Positions 40,921-54,587 of a stretch of 64,000 bases of DNA are shown one piece after another. The stretch is from the NCBI GenBank assembly GCA_965285935.1, contig OZ260666.1, forward strand, positions 48,732,001 to 48,796,000, given 5' to 3'. Under the pieces are notes generated by a model. It was not told the origin of the DNA, did not search any database, and worked only from the letters and a program-made list of their open reading frames with translations. Position 1 is the first letter of the stretch, and the number at the start of each line of letters is the position of its first letter. The position numbers and the translations under genes are program-made. The DNA is from Ophelia neglecta. Taxonomy: Eukaryota.

Positions 40921-42976
40921 ACATATAAACCTGCCGGCTGCGTTTTACAGATGTCTAAATTATAAAGGGGCTAGGAGATTCAATAGATAGTCGTGCAATC
41001 TCAGTTTTTAATATTAAATCTAATCCTTATATTCTATTCGATAGTATTTATTCTGAATGCTATATGTTGGAATATTAGTGCGTTAGCTTTATTTGTTTTA
41101 TTAGCCGTTTACTGTCGACTCGACGATGCAGCATGAATCTGTAGCTGGATTAGACTAAGCACAAACTAAACAGTAAATAAGTGACACGCAGTTAAGGAAA
41201 TGTAACAGGTAACAACGGCCTTCTGCTTGCACTAGAGAAGCAGAGTATGCCTTCCGGAGTCAACCTTTCTGTACGAAAACGGGCATGTGCTCCAAATACA
41301 AGTATAAAAAGGAATGTAATCACGAGGAATAAAGGTTTCCCATTCGAATCATGATAATCAACAGCGGTACACGAGAAACTATTGACTAGTTTCTCATTCG
41401 ACTATCAATGTCGAAATGTTTTTATGCCCTTTATTTTGCATATGGATATTTGTATTAAGTTAATTAAGTATCCCTGCATTCAGTTTATATCAAAATGTGT
41501 TCATTTTACTCATTCCTTCCAATACTTTTCAGATAATCGAGGTCCTATCTGTAGCTGACACATTACTGGAAACGACCATACAGACATGAGCAACAAGATA
41601 CAAACAACACAATCTTTAAAACTAGGCTACCAAATGAACAATTCTAATTAGACAATACAACAATAACCTTCATATTCGTTTGGTACTACTTTTAAGTGTG
41701 GCTTGAAGACTCAAAGCTGCTTAAATTCGAATGATAGAAAATATAAGGATAATGAATACTATTGGTAGGCGGGAGGGGATACTGTTTGGGATAGTACCTG
41801 GACTTCCACACAGGGGGCGTTTGGGATACCGGCGCGCAAAAAGGAAAGAAATTGTGCCGTTACAAACAGCGAAGGCAGGATCGTTGTAATCGAGATCTCC
41901 CACCAACCCTCTCAGTCATCTTACATATGTGTTATAATATTTGCTGCATGGATCTGTCAAGAGGAGCTGGATACTAGTAGTACTATAGAGGCAGGCATTA
42001 TCTATAGGTGTAGTGTTCGAGAGGCAAGGTCGAAAGTGTTTTGCCCCATGGATGACCCTCGTAATGATGAGAGGGGTGTTACTCCTTGGATGGTCCCGTT
42101 CAACAACGTTAGGCCTACTGACTAGTGACATCAGTAGAATATAGTTTAAATCATGGGTCTGTGCATTGGGTAGCCAGGAGTACCGACCTGGCTTCGCGGT
42201 TTTCTTTGGGTTTCGATTATATTAGTGGTTGACGGGTGCTACTCCTTTGCTGGGCATTTCAGGCAGTCGTTTTGTAAACGAATGCTATGGATATTGAGGT
42301 ATTATAATGCCAGCTGCAGACAGATTGAATTGACTGCTGAATTATTTAGGGCAAATAAGATAGATTGATTTTGTTTCAGAGTGTATTATATGTCTGTTTT
42401 TTTCAAGTGCTTGGAATTATTGTGTTTGGTGTAAGAAAAAATATATCGTTTTGTACACTTCAGTTGGTCGTTAACTTAATTATTTAATGTGGTAATAAAC
42501 TTGTGATGATAACTCGTCATTGTTAGATAAACGTTTCGGGTGGAACTGTCTTTTTTTGCGCACAATAAACGTTTAGACTGTTTGCCGGTATGCTTATTTG
42601 TCTAAGGCTTGTTGCAGCAAAAGTGCAAATTTGGTATGTTCATCCCGAAAATTGAAAGGAATAAACATCTTTGATTTTGCGACGCCATGTCTGATATCAT
42701 ATCATTTGATATCATTGCATGAGATGTCATGAAAGGGGTGATTCCATTGGGTTTTTTACCTTTGCATTTTAATAAAAATAAACCTGTTGAAAATTATTCA
42801 GCTTAAGATCAAAGCTGCATGACACTATTATTTTAATAATCAAGGGCGGAACCCTTACTAGTTCTTCTAGATGCATTTTCTCCTCGTATTACCGTCTGCA
42901 TCATTCGAAGCCGCTTCAAATGGTCTTAATTTACTTAATATCCTCAAATTAATGCATATTCAATAGTTGAATATCA

Positions 42977-43072
42977 AGGAGACCACGTGACTGGTTCTGT
43001 GCAATATAAAATGTCCAGGAGACCACGTGACAATATAAAATGTCCAGGAGACCACGTGACTGGTTCTGTGCA
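42977..43072. repeat. Local tandem triplication of AGGAGACCACGTGAC (three CACGTG E-boxes)
   Basis: CACGTG at 42984, 43024 and 43053; the units share ctggttctgtgca and caatataaaatgtcc. Confidence 0.85.
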
Positions 43073-43739
43073 GATGGCTCACCTTTTAACAATGCAATTT
43101 TGTATAGTACGAAGTCTAAGCGGAAATTTTGTTCGTGCCTCGGGTATTTTAGTCGTTACCTTTATCCTGCAAACTGACATTCAATACACTACCATAGTGC
43201 TTAAACAAAATGCAGATCTCGCACGTCATATGCCTCTATTTATCCTACATACCTCTCCCGAGTACACACGATGATCGGCTTATGTCGCTGAAGCTGCTTC
43301 CAATCAATAAACTGCGAGTGACTAGATCTAGTGCATTGGTCTGTATAAGGCTTATTGATTGTTGTAAGCTCGGTTATCATAAGTGAAATACAGAAAGAAA
43401 CATGAAAATGCAATACTGCTGAAAATAAGTACAATTTCATCACTGGGCCATTGTATTTACAACCCCACTCTGAACACAACACACTAGCAACCTTACAGTT
43501 ATTTCCATAGCGTTGCGCTTCCTGCAATGTGGAACTTCTTCTCTGGACTTTGATTAGGGACGAACCATTACGCGGGGTTAAATACGGTACGAAAACAAAT
43601 TATTCTACTTAAGAAGAAGAAAATTGGTTTGTTTATCTTGCAAGACCAAAAAAGCTGTTAAGGGATATTGGGAAAGGGAATGCGCTGTAATCCGTTTTAG
43701 AGATAGTAAAGGACATGATACAATATCTGGAGAGGTCCA

Positions 43740-46700
43740 GATCTTCGTGAATACCGGCCTGTTTTTCTACCTGGAACTGCTCTCTTCTTTATACTACACT
43801 TCCGCATGCTGATTTAAAGTTCCGACAGAAACAACTCATAAATTGTTTTTTCAAAACAGGTTACCGTTTAACTAAGATGTAAGCCATAGCAATGATTTCT
43901 TTTAACACACTAAATGTTACCACATATGGAGAGCATCCCGATTTGTCGAGCTACTATACTTCTTCATCGACACTATATTTGTCCAGTTTGGCATTGAGGT
44001 GTTTCGTCAAAGTAGTGGTATTACTTGTTTAGGTATATAGGTGATTTATTTTCGTTCAATCACAAATACTTTAGACAATGTATAAGAAAAATGTACCATC
44101 ATTGTAGAATTTAAAGCTAACACTGACGGTCCTAAATGGTTGTTCTTTATTGGATATTTTTCTTTAAAGAACAAGATGGCATTTACGTTTATGAAAAAAC
44201 AGGTTCAATTGATTTTCCAATAATATCCATCCCATTCCTTGATAGCATCATTCTGATTTCTCCAGCACATCGGATGTATACTTAAGAGTTTCGAGCTAGT
44301 TTTTCGTCTAATTTTAACAAAAGAAGCATAGCCGTAGTGTCTTAATTACTGACCTAAGGATACGAACTCAGCAGGTTAAAACGATCTGTATAAGTGTGTA
44401 TCAATCAATGGCAAATGTTCTTATTTTGTTTTTTTCGCTCATAGCAGAAGCACAATACACAATATATTGTGTAATGTTCATAATTCCTAATCCTTGTCTC
44501 CACATGAAATCCGAAATATTTATATAACACTACTCAAATGATGTAGAATAAACTAAACAAAATTCCAGTTTTCCAGATTATAGCACAAGGGAAGACATTT
44601 GGATGAGTGCATTTAAGTCGTACATGGTTAAGGCTTCGGCGGAAGCCCTACATCCGTTTCACCCAATATTTTGCATTTATTTCATGGCCTGGTGTTGTAC
44701 CATTAAAGGCATTGCTTCGCCTTATATAGACGTTTTTACTAAAAACGAGAGATCGAGGTAAGAGTAACATCTGTTCTTTCAGGTAATTGCTGCAGCGCAT
44801 AGTGGTTTTCCTGAGGTATCATGAATTATAAATGTAAAACCGACTCTCTCGTTTTTTAATGACTTCTAGTCCAGTATGCCGGCCACATACACGTGTATAA
44901 ATAAATGAAATATCTTGAGGAATCAAGATGACAAATACGACAGCGGAAAACAGCCGCTGTGGTTCAGGAAACACGCTAAGTGACTTTTTTTTTAGCTCGG
45001 CAGTAAGAACAAAGAAGCAATAAAATGGCTGTCACATAACGTCACCGTTACGTCATTGATAAATATATACAACGGCATTTACTTCGAAGTGAAAAAGGCG
45101 CGAGCAGTATAATTGAAACCCACACAAATTTAACAATTGATAAATATAAAATCAGACTGTGTTTTTAATCTGCCCTCGATCTGCCCGTGGATGGCAATGT
45201 ATTCTTTATTACACATAGATATTGCAAACCTCGGGCAGATCTATAATCAGAAACGCAGGGGGATATTATGAACGTACTTTACGTGTATATAAATATAAAT
45301 ATTTTCAATTATAAATCTAAAAGAACCAGAAGTAACACAGGGTAAATAATAATTACATAAATGTTTGAAATTGCGTATTTTAGTGAAGCCGATTGGTTTA
45401 CACAAATAAAAAGAAAGCATGAGTGATAGGCCAGTCTTATTCAGGAGTAGATATTTAAACGTATAATGGCATTATTTTGTTATTGATGTTGCAAGTATTC
45501 TCTTGCGACCGGTGAGATCCGTGTATGAACACCGACCAAATTCCATATATTCGATTATTTGCAAAGCATGAGCGAAATGTTTACTATTTGTTTTAATTAA
45601 CTTTAAGGCTAGAAATGGTGTTCTCTAATTATAAAATAACTATTATCGTCCATCGAAGCAAATATTGATTGAATATTACGACTGTGATCATATAAGTCTA
45701 CTGTACTGTGTAGCTGGTCCGGGATATCGAGCCTCGTTCAGAGATGTTTATGTCTGGTATTAAACGTTCTTAGAACTTGGTCGTAGATGTATTTAGCAAT
45801 AAATGAAGAGAGAAACACAGTCGACACACGCTACTTTCCTCATTAAAAAAACGCAACAGGTGAAGCTTACCTGTTCGTAAATAAAATGTTACAGATATTA
45901 TACATTTGCGGAATTAATTATCCACTTCCATTAAACTGGAAATTATGAATTGTTGTTTACCATCGTGATTTCATTTCTTATGCCATTACCGTTCTGCCCG
46001 CAATATGAGCATATAAATTGTCACACAGCATATTCCCCATGCGCAGCGGTTAAATAATATTAATGTACTCCGAAAGTAAACGTTGATAATGTGAAACAAA
46101 CATGTGCTACACTTTTTATCACATTTTCGTAGCTGAAAATAATGCTTTCTGACGTTTTCAGGCGACGTTGTCGGACAGAATTTGTTTGAATAGTCTAGAA
46201 CGTCTCTTGATGCTTGAGGATCATGCAATATTTCTTTTTTTCCTGAAGATTTGTCCCGTTGCCGAGCTTTATACCATGGCAATCAATAGTGTGTTTTTAA
46301 TGCTCGAGCACTGCTCAAAATCGGATTTGCGCTATAATATTTGCAGTGCAATACTGTCGATGTATATTTTAGTTGCTATGTTGCCAAGCTGTGCATGTCT
46401 AGTTCAATATTGTTTTGCGATTAATCTTATTATTTGATATTTTTTCGTCTTAGTTGTCCATCCTTTTCATTTCATCCTTCGCGTTTAAATGTTTTTACAT
46501 ACTGGTTTTGGGCGATCAGAAACTGGAGGAAAACGGGACTGTATACCGGCAGACAATACAAATCTATTATCAACAAATTCAACACAATTGCACAACACGA
46601 GAGACCCACTTATATTGGTACACCGTTCAACAATGATAACTTACTTCGATTCATATTTGCCCAGACGATGTGGGGAACACGCCAGAAGAAAGGGTTTTAA

Positions 46701-48600
46701 TTCACGTTGGAATTAACACAACTTGCAGTTTTTTATCGATAGCCCACCGTTGTACAACACATAGTGCTTTTAATGACTGCATGAATTTAGAAAGAATTCG
46801 TGTCCAAACTCCATGAAACCGTTACACGGAATATTGCAGGTAATTAACAGCTGCGCTTCTATTAAAGAACAGGGACCAAGGATCTGGATATAACAAGTTT
46901 GTCATCTCCTTCTCGATTCGGACTTGCGGCTATTAATTTTACAAGAACGTGATCGGCCTTAACTAAATATGGTCAACAGTGCTCTTGATATAGCAAGGTT
47001 TTTTGCGCTACACCATACTGAAAAGGGATAAAATATGACTCATAGTCGATTGTTTGTTCCTGGGAGTAGCCAAAAGAACTCCTTTATCAAACGTATTCCC
47101 AGAGGCCACTTGATCTTTGCTCATGTGAAACGTTTGCATGCAGGATAACGGATTTTGTGCCTAATCTACCATGTCATGAAGGTATCCACTCTGTTTTTGT
47201 GTTGTTGTTTGGTTTGGGGGGGGGGGGGAGGTGGGGTGGAGGATGGATATTTCAAGAATCACAAGGTAGTTAATGATGAAGCTAGTAGGAATGTTTGTCA
47301 GATCGATGAATACCTCACTGAATACACACTTAATATCAAATTACCTGGCACACGTGAGTTTCGTTTCCCCTAAATGTTTGACCTGTATTCCACTGTCCAC
47401 GCTGAGCTTGGATAAAAAAAGTATTAAGTTAGTGTTATTGCTACTGATTGGTGAAAACAAAATTGATCAGTGCGCTTTCGTATTATTCACATCAGTTTTC
47501 CCGCAGTCGGACGCGGACATCCTTAGGACAACGCGCCAAACACATGATGACAGCGCTAGCTGTTTTTTTCAGGCCATCTTTTTGCGAGACGTTCAATTTT
47601 TATTATTTGTTACGATGAAGTGAGCGCTTGACTTACACGATGAGTTGAGCAGCCTCGACAGATGTCTTCTCAATAATCGCAAAGCGATTATTTGAAAGGG
47701 ATGGTAATAATCAACCCGATGGCGTGAATTTATGTTTTGTATCTTGCAGCTCGCTTCTTTTGAAAAGAAATATGCCGTACATCTAACCATTTTAGAAATA
47801 CAAGATATTCACAAGCACATTGTTCGAGGAGCTGGAGGTATTTATGCGTTAAAGATTACGGGAAGGGGAACCCAGCAGACAAACCAAAATTATTCATTAA
47901 GAATATACCATTAAATCGGTGCAAAATCAGCGGAACCAGAAGCCACAAGCCGCCAATCATTAATACATCAATACCCATCCCCAAAACGGCATATAAATTT
48001 TAATGCGAATTAAAAAAATAACATTACTTTCAATGAAAAGTAGTCATCAGTTTTTCCCTGATGCGATTCAGAACAAAAAAAAAGCGTCAGTGGTCAACGC
48101 GGGACAGAGATAAATTATGCCATGGGGAGTATAATATAATGATGGTGTTTGCTCTATCATAATTTTAGAGACTGACTACAGACTAAATTGTCTAAGAACA
48201 GTATATGATCAAGGAGGGATGTACATGTATAAGATCCCCGAGTCTTCAAGAGGAAAGTGGTAAACGACTAGGTTTCCTGTCGGACGCTATATGAAGTCAT
48301 ACTATGCCGCAGGAATATTGTCAGGTGACATTACATACCGTAAGTATCTCGAAAGGACGAATTTGTTTGTAATTACCAGCAGTTATTATCAATAACTACA
48401 TTGTCATGCGACGCTAGAATTTTACTTTGTCATTATCAGTCATGATATGCCCTTTCATCCATCTACGTAAACAAATCTTGTCACACATATATAATTTTGT
48501 TCAATAAACGATACACCCATCAGAACTCAGTCATGACACACAAAAAGGGTTATATTAACTCTGCATATTTGGGTAAGGATAACAAATCAAATATTGATTT
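43740..48600 (+). pseudogene. Decayed LRR gene relics
   Basis: IFVNTGLFFYLELLSSLY (43741), PDLSSYYTSSSTLYLSS (about 43937), CLNSLERLLML and SVFLMLEHCSKSDLRYNICSAI (ORF 46168), FIKRIPRGHLIFAHVKRLH (about 47084), SFVSPKCLTCIPLSTLSLDKKSI (ORF 47273). Confidence 0.45.
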
Positions 48601-51009
48601 TGGGACCACGTATACTATTACAGGAAGATCAAGGAATTTAGAGGCCATGGTTCAATATACGTAAATGAATATGGGACAGAATACAGTAAATCAGCTTCTT
48701 GCTACAGTGATCACTGTTGGATTTGCAAGGCTACTGAATAATACTGATACATTTCATTGATTTTAAATGTTTAGCATATTCTCTTATTGGCAAAAATTCG
48801 CTATAAAATTATCATAATATTACTTAAATTGCCTTAAATATGGATCAACGTTTAAAAAAGGAAGAGCAATTTGTCTCGAACTGTTTTTAAAAAATAATGG
48901 TTTTGTAAAATAACGTTGTCGTATTATTGAGGAAAAGTCTAGGCCTGCTATCCATTGAATGTCAATTAACGCACAAAAACATTGCTTCACATTTATTCTT
49001 TAAATTCAAACGATGATCAGACATGCAAGAAGATTTGCCTTTCACTTGGCACATTGCGGCTTCAAAGGCAGACACCAGGTGCATTCCTATTTAATTGGAC
49101 AGTTGGCTGAGATTTATGGTCTTCATCTACAGCACAGCCCTGCGCTAATGGCCTTACTCGGGTGGCCTTAAGGAAGATAACGTCAAAAGGCATCAGTCGG
49201 AACAATAATATAAGAACAGAACGTATCAGAGCTAGGTTAGGTACCTCCCTTTCTCCCTCTCTCTCTCATTAATCTCTTCCATTTGTTTGATTTCTGCCAG
49301 TATGTTTGTTACGTAAACGTCTTATTGCGCCACATAACTAAGATATATACAAACTTCTTTATTTCCAGTCAATGATTAATACGAGAAGCAATGATTTATA
49401 CCCAGTTCGTCTGCTGTTCGGATATGTATCACACACTTTTTGGATACTGGCACTAAAGCAATATATAGCCCGTGAAGAGCCTACCATCTTAAAAGTAGTA
49501 ACAAGGTGTCTCTTGTTTAACGTATACAAGTATGTATGAAGTACTGTAAAGGGAAAGACGTTACTACTAGTACTTAGAAATCAATGGTTATTTTCAAGAG
49601 CTGTGCACTTAAAATATCTCATTATACACGGGGAACATTGAGTTAGTTCAAGCTGAATACATTCAAAATCATAGGTTCAGTTTTGTGCATTTGTCTTTGG
49701 GCCATAAATAAGAAAATATCAATATGTTACATCAAAAACATATGAAGCTAAGGCCTAGTATAGTTCTTTACCTATACTACACCTTGATTTGTACACCGTT
49801 ATTTAATTACGATTGTTTAAAAGAATCGAGTAACCACATTTGTATATTTTAATACCTACATCTTATCGGTGTCAGTTTACTAACCCTTATAAGTTACTTT
49901 TATAAGTACTTTTATGTTGAACACAAGCGACGTGCTTTTGGTTTTGATGGTGTGGGACTCATTGTGAGAAATGGTGTAAGTTAATAACAGCCTCCGGCAT
50001 AAAAACGACGATTTCTCCTAACTGCATTTAACCGCGTAAACCCTGGCAAACTCATTTGCTCTACTTTTTCACCGATAAAATCAGAAAAGTCAAGTCAGAT
50101 TTAGAGAATGTAAGGCAAACGACAGGGCAGGAAGTACTTTTGGCCCCTAATAGAAATGCTAAAACGCCTAGATTTGCCCACGTCTCTATTATTTGTATTA
50201 GATTGAAATTACTAATATATGTTAACACACACTTCTAAATCACTGTTGTGACTTTTTAATATCCACATTTACTGCATGTTGAAGTCGGTAGAGTTGAACA
50301 CTGGGAAATTCAGGTCTCCACAGTCGGCAGGTTACTACTATCGCCTTGTAAGCTAGTTTATAAAGCACCATGTCACGTAACGAAAATGGCTTAGATTTCA
50401 TAAGCACCAGGAAACACGCCTAAATAATTCTTGTTATAAATTTAGTTTTTTATCAGTCCTTGTTTACCAAGATTACTTTTGTTTTAACAGTAACTAGAGC
50501 ACATTCTGTGAGATGTAATGACATCATGGAACATATCACGGCTTTAACAATGAAATACTAAAGGCTTTTTTGTTCAAAAAAGAGAATTTCTTTATAGGAA
50601 TGATAAAGTTAGTGTTGCCAGAAATGATTAATTGTCAATTGTTAATGTCTATGTGATCGCGCTATAATGGAGGAAGATTTATACTTTTAGGCTAAGAGGA
50701 ACACTAAAAATCTGAAACGAAATATTTGCCAGCTTTACAATTTATCTGAAAAATAAATAGCTGGCCTAATCACAATCAGTCGTGTTCTTTATCAATAATT
50801 TCTACTTTATAACTATCAGGAGTGAACTTCATAGTTTTAAGAATAATGCGGTGATAATATTGCCTATGTTAGGTTTGCTACCTGTAGGACAAAACTCAAG
50901 CATGTCACTGTAACAAGCTCAGATAGCCACAGCATAAAGGGTTAACGGCATTTATTTCATAATTCCAATTTTAGCTATGCGAATTGGTTATCGTTCACAC
51001 CTAACTCTG

Positions 51010-51930
51010 CGGTCAATAACACGCTTGCAGTTTGGTCTAAACTTCTGGAATACAATGTAAATCGACGACGAGTATACAAATGTATAACAGATTGGAGCGT
51101 GATACTTAATATAGCGATAACAGTAACGACACTGATAAGAATATGACTGCGGCCACTGGATTAATATTACTTCGAAAATGTGCTCTTTGTAATAATAGCA
51201 CAGTTTCACCCAAATTTCCCTTGTGTCCTGAGGCGGATGCAGAGGTAGTGTCTGACGGAAGCAATGATAAAAGTCGCGACACTGCATTTTATGCGTTTCG
51301 TTGTTTAGCGATTTCACCAACCATTAAATATGAGTACAATTGATGTATCTAATTTTATCTGATACTAAATTTAAACAGGGTGTCATAGTAGACAATTCGA
51401 CCACATACAACAAAGAATTTCAGAAGTACAGTTCTTAAGTCTTCTTCCTACTGGCAAGCAAACCAGAATCTTATATACATATTAGTAAGCTACATCTATA
51501 AATGTGCCATTTATTCCGTTCTGGCGACTTGGGGGTTTAAATGCTTGGATAACATAAAAAAGGAATCAAAAGACACATCGGTCGCACACTTCCCTTTTGT
51601 CCTCTGAATTTCTGACAGAAGTAGATGTACAAGGATGTGCACGGTAAAGTCCAGAGTACACACTAGACCAGGTAATCCGCACCAGAACTGATTGGAGGGA
51701 ACTTCTGGCTTGAAAATCAATGGGCCCATAAACGTCGTAATGGTTTTAGCAATTGGACATAAAATAGATACATCTTCAAAATTTGGGAATTCTGGTTCAA
51801 TCAAGCGAGATAGATAAGCCGATTACAAATTAAGAGTTCTAACTGTTCGTTTTAATGGCCACCGATATACACCATATGGTCTCTGATTTAAAGGACTGAA
51901 ACACAAAGTTCTGGAATTGATTTAGCCACA
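51010..51930 (+). pseudogene. Decayed LRR gene relic immediately upstream of the kringle-phosphodiesterase gene
   Basis: SITRLQFGLN (51013), TGLILLRKCALCNN (51155), WGFKCLDNIKK (about 51530), RVLTVRFNG (about 51833), FKGLKHKVLEL (51887). Confidence 0.5.
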
Positions 51931-52149
51931 TCCAGAAAAGCTCCGACACAGATATAGGCGGGATCAGGCCAACCGAGACCTGTGATTGATTGTTCTTTAC
52001 ACAAAATTCAGGTAAAATTTACAATACATTGCAATATATTTCCCTTTCAGTTTCGAAGTACACTATATGTTATCACAGTCTTTATTTTCATAAACTGATT
52101 CTTAGGTGTGCTTAAATTCTCTTTGTTAGGATCAACACGAGGAGTTATT

Positions 52150-52204
52150 ATGTTGGCCGGTTTATTGCTGATGGCAACAGGCGTTTGGCTGTCGAGAGTG
52201 AACG
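52150..52204 (+). CDS. Kringle-phosphodiesterase gene exon 1 (signal peptide)
   Basis: ATG..AAC G|gtatta; joins in phase 1 to give VNA-QDC. Confidence 0.8.
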
Positions 52205-54268
52205 GTATTATAACAATAATTCTTGAGATATAAAAAGGTCTAACCCCCCAGAAGATGTGTCTATTATGATAGCAGACGCGATATATTGAACAATCCCATA
52301 TGTCCCACACTAAAATTCACACATGAAACTTATCATTGTGTATTGTTTCTCTTAATGATAGCCCAGGATTGTTACAAAGCAAGCGAGTCCCACCTGTACA
52401 AGGGCACTGTATCCGTGACTAGATTGGGTTACACCTGTGAGAGATGGGACAATCCTAACCCCACGCACAAACGCGCCAGGAATCTTAGGTTTCCCGATCG
52501 CACCCTCTCGGACGCTGGTAACTTTTGTCGTGATCCTGACTATCTTGGACAGGTTCGTCTTAATTTTCTCAGTTTTTTCTGGCCATTCAGATATAATTGT
52601 TATATCTACTTATACATTTATTTTCATAATTATAACTCCTTAGTAAAACACGTAATAACCCGTGGGACAACATAGTAAACCCATACTACCTTCTTGAATT
52701 CACTTCGTCTATTTTGCAGCCATGGTGTTATACGACAAACCGAGCAAAACGCTGGGATAAATGTAATGTTCCAATATGCACCCGTACACAGGAAATCAAG
52801 GAATTGGAAGCACCCTCTAACGTCATTGAACCAGGTAGTGGTTAGTTTCGGGTTTAAACACAGCAAATAGATTTCAACTGTTACCTCTACGCCAAATAAA
52901 TCGTCACTCCTGTTATATTGATGTATGGTCTATATTTTTTTTACTAAAGGACTTGTAAAAAATATAAATTTTAGTTATTTATATGAATGTCATTGGTTGT
53001 AATAAACCGTATTGTTATTTTCTAGATAACGTCGCCGAACAAAGGGCTACCCATGTGGTCCACATTGGCGTTGACGGGTTGTTAGCTTCCTGTGTCCGAG
53101 ACGCCGGAGCTGGTAATATCATGTCCCGACTAGGTGGACAAGGAACGTTCACTCTGACGAACGCGCGGACAGAAGATATCACTACTTCCGGTCCATGTTG
53201 GACGGCTGTTCTTACCGGTTTGCCTATTAACCTGTCCGGAGTGACGGAAAATAAATGGCAGCCTGGCCAAACCACAAAAGTCAATGGCATTACCAATCCT
53301 GTTATTTCACCTTTTCCCACTATTTTTAGCACGCTGAAAATGCAGGAGAGGCGAACCACGACTAGTGCTTTCTACAGTTGGCCCTGGCTTAAGTACTTGA
53401 TGACTAGAAATGACCCAGCATCTGTTGATTCTGAATACCAATCCAAACCTGTAAGAAACGACTACGCCTCGGCGGACTTGAGAACTTTAGACTCTGCCCT
53501 GACACAGCTGAGACGTGTCTTGGCAGGCAGAGATCGCAGCTACACCTTTGTGTATTTCGGCAATGTGGATGTCACTGGCCACGAGCACGGCTATGATTGT
53601 AATTCAGTCCCCGAGTATAGGGATGCTATCCGAACCGTCGATAACCACGTAAGGAACAAATACTCACTGCTTTAAGACACGTTTAAAATCGGTCCATGTA
53701 AGTATAGGGTGTCTTGTGGATGTTCAACTGTCCTTTTTCTGCCTTTGTATGTTTAGGTTGGTCGTTTGCTCGACGTTGTTGACCAGATATCCAGGGATAG
53801 AACCGTTGTGATTCTGAACTCTGACCACGGTGGATTGGGTCGAAAGCATGCCATGCTGAACGATAAGACTGTGCACGTACCAATTTTCATCAGGGGTGCT
53901 GGCATTAAGCCAGGCCAAGAGTTCAAAACAAAGGTAAGAAAATATTTTTTCCCTACGTCGGCCTACACGGTATGAGATCATTAAAGATTTTTCAAGATTC
54001 GCGTTGGTTATTCTCATCTACAGAAATCAAGTTGATGTTGCCATATTACCAAACAAATATTCAAGTAAATTGACTAATCCCAATTTATATGTATTACACA
54101 TATTATATAATGAAATAGACATATATTACACACGTTTTATAATACAAAGCTTGTTTTGTTCTATAGATCCGCAATCTGGACATTGCTCCCACGGTCACCG
54201 CGGTCCTTGGATTGGAACCGTCACCATTTTGGAAAGGCAAGCCTCTGACCGAGGCCTTCGAAAAATAA
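52150..54268 (+). CDS. Secreted kringle + alkaline-phosphatase-superfamily (type I phosphodiesterase/nucleotide pyrophosphatase-like) protein, about 420 aa; join(52150..52204,52362..52552,52720..52834,53026..53648,53757..53933,54167..54268)
   Basis: All introns are GT-AG with compatible phases (1,0,1,0,0); total 1263 nt. Signal MLAGLLLMATGVWLSRVNA|QD. Six-Cys kringle CYK..YKG..TCERW..NFCRDPD..PWCYTT..RWDKC..C. AP motifs HIGVDGL, TTSGPCW..LTG, VDVTGH, SDHGG..H, LDIAPT..LG. Confidence 0.92.
52362..52552 (+). CDS. Exon 2, kringle N-half
   Basis: atag|CC CAG GAT TGT ... GGA CAG|gttcgt. Confidence 0.9.
52720..52834 (+). CDS. Exon 3, kringle C-half and linker (alternative same-phase donor after 52840)
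   Basis: ttgcag|PWCYTTNRAKRWDKCNVPICTRTQEIKELEAPSNVIEP|gtagtg. Confidence 0.88.
53026..53648 (+). CDS. Exon 4, AP-superfamily catalytic domain N-part
   Basis: ttctag|..HVVHIGVDGL..TTSGPCWTAVLTG..YFGNVDVTGHEHG..VDNH|gtaagg. Confidence 0.93.
53757..53933 (+). CDS. Exon 5, AP-superfamily domain
   Basis: tttag|VGRLLDVV..VILNSDHGGLGRKH..VPIFIRGAGIKPG..K|gtaaga. Confidence 0.92.
54167..54268 (+). CDS. Exon 6, AP-superfamily C-terminus and stop
   Basis: ctatag|IRNLDIAPTVTAVLGLEPSPFWKGKPLTEAFEK*. Confidence 0.92.
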   Translation: MRNLDIAPTVTAVLGLEPSPFWKGKPLTEAFEK

Positions 54269-54587
54269 TTAATTCAAATTAATATAACAAACTACATCGA
54301 TTTCGTTGACTTGTTACTGTTAACGTTGTTCAGAACAAAAACAATGACGTAAACAATTAGGAATATTTGTTGATTTAAGCTATTCGATTATTATTGAAGG
54401 AAATAATGAAATATGCAACATTTACCTGTGTTTGAATTCTCAGTTAAAACATCAGAAAGCTAATAGCTAGTCTCTGTGACTGATTTTGCTTTAAACAGGA
54501 GTTGCATTAAGAAGTTCCTCTTTGAAACGGGTATCGTTTGATATTGCTGTTTAATTCGTTATTTCTAATTAACTATTGGTTTCCGTT

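Noticed and set aside
41760-42350. Possible L1/Tx1 ORF2 C-terminal remnant (GC-richer, Cys-containing)
   Set aside because: Motifs too degraded to support by eye; needs a repeat-library search.
53015-53359. 114-aa minus-strand ORF
   Set aside because: Antisense shadow of the phosphodiesterase exon.
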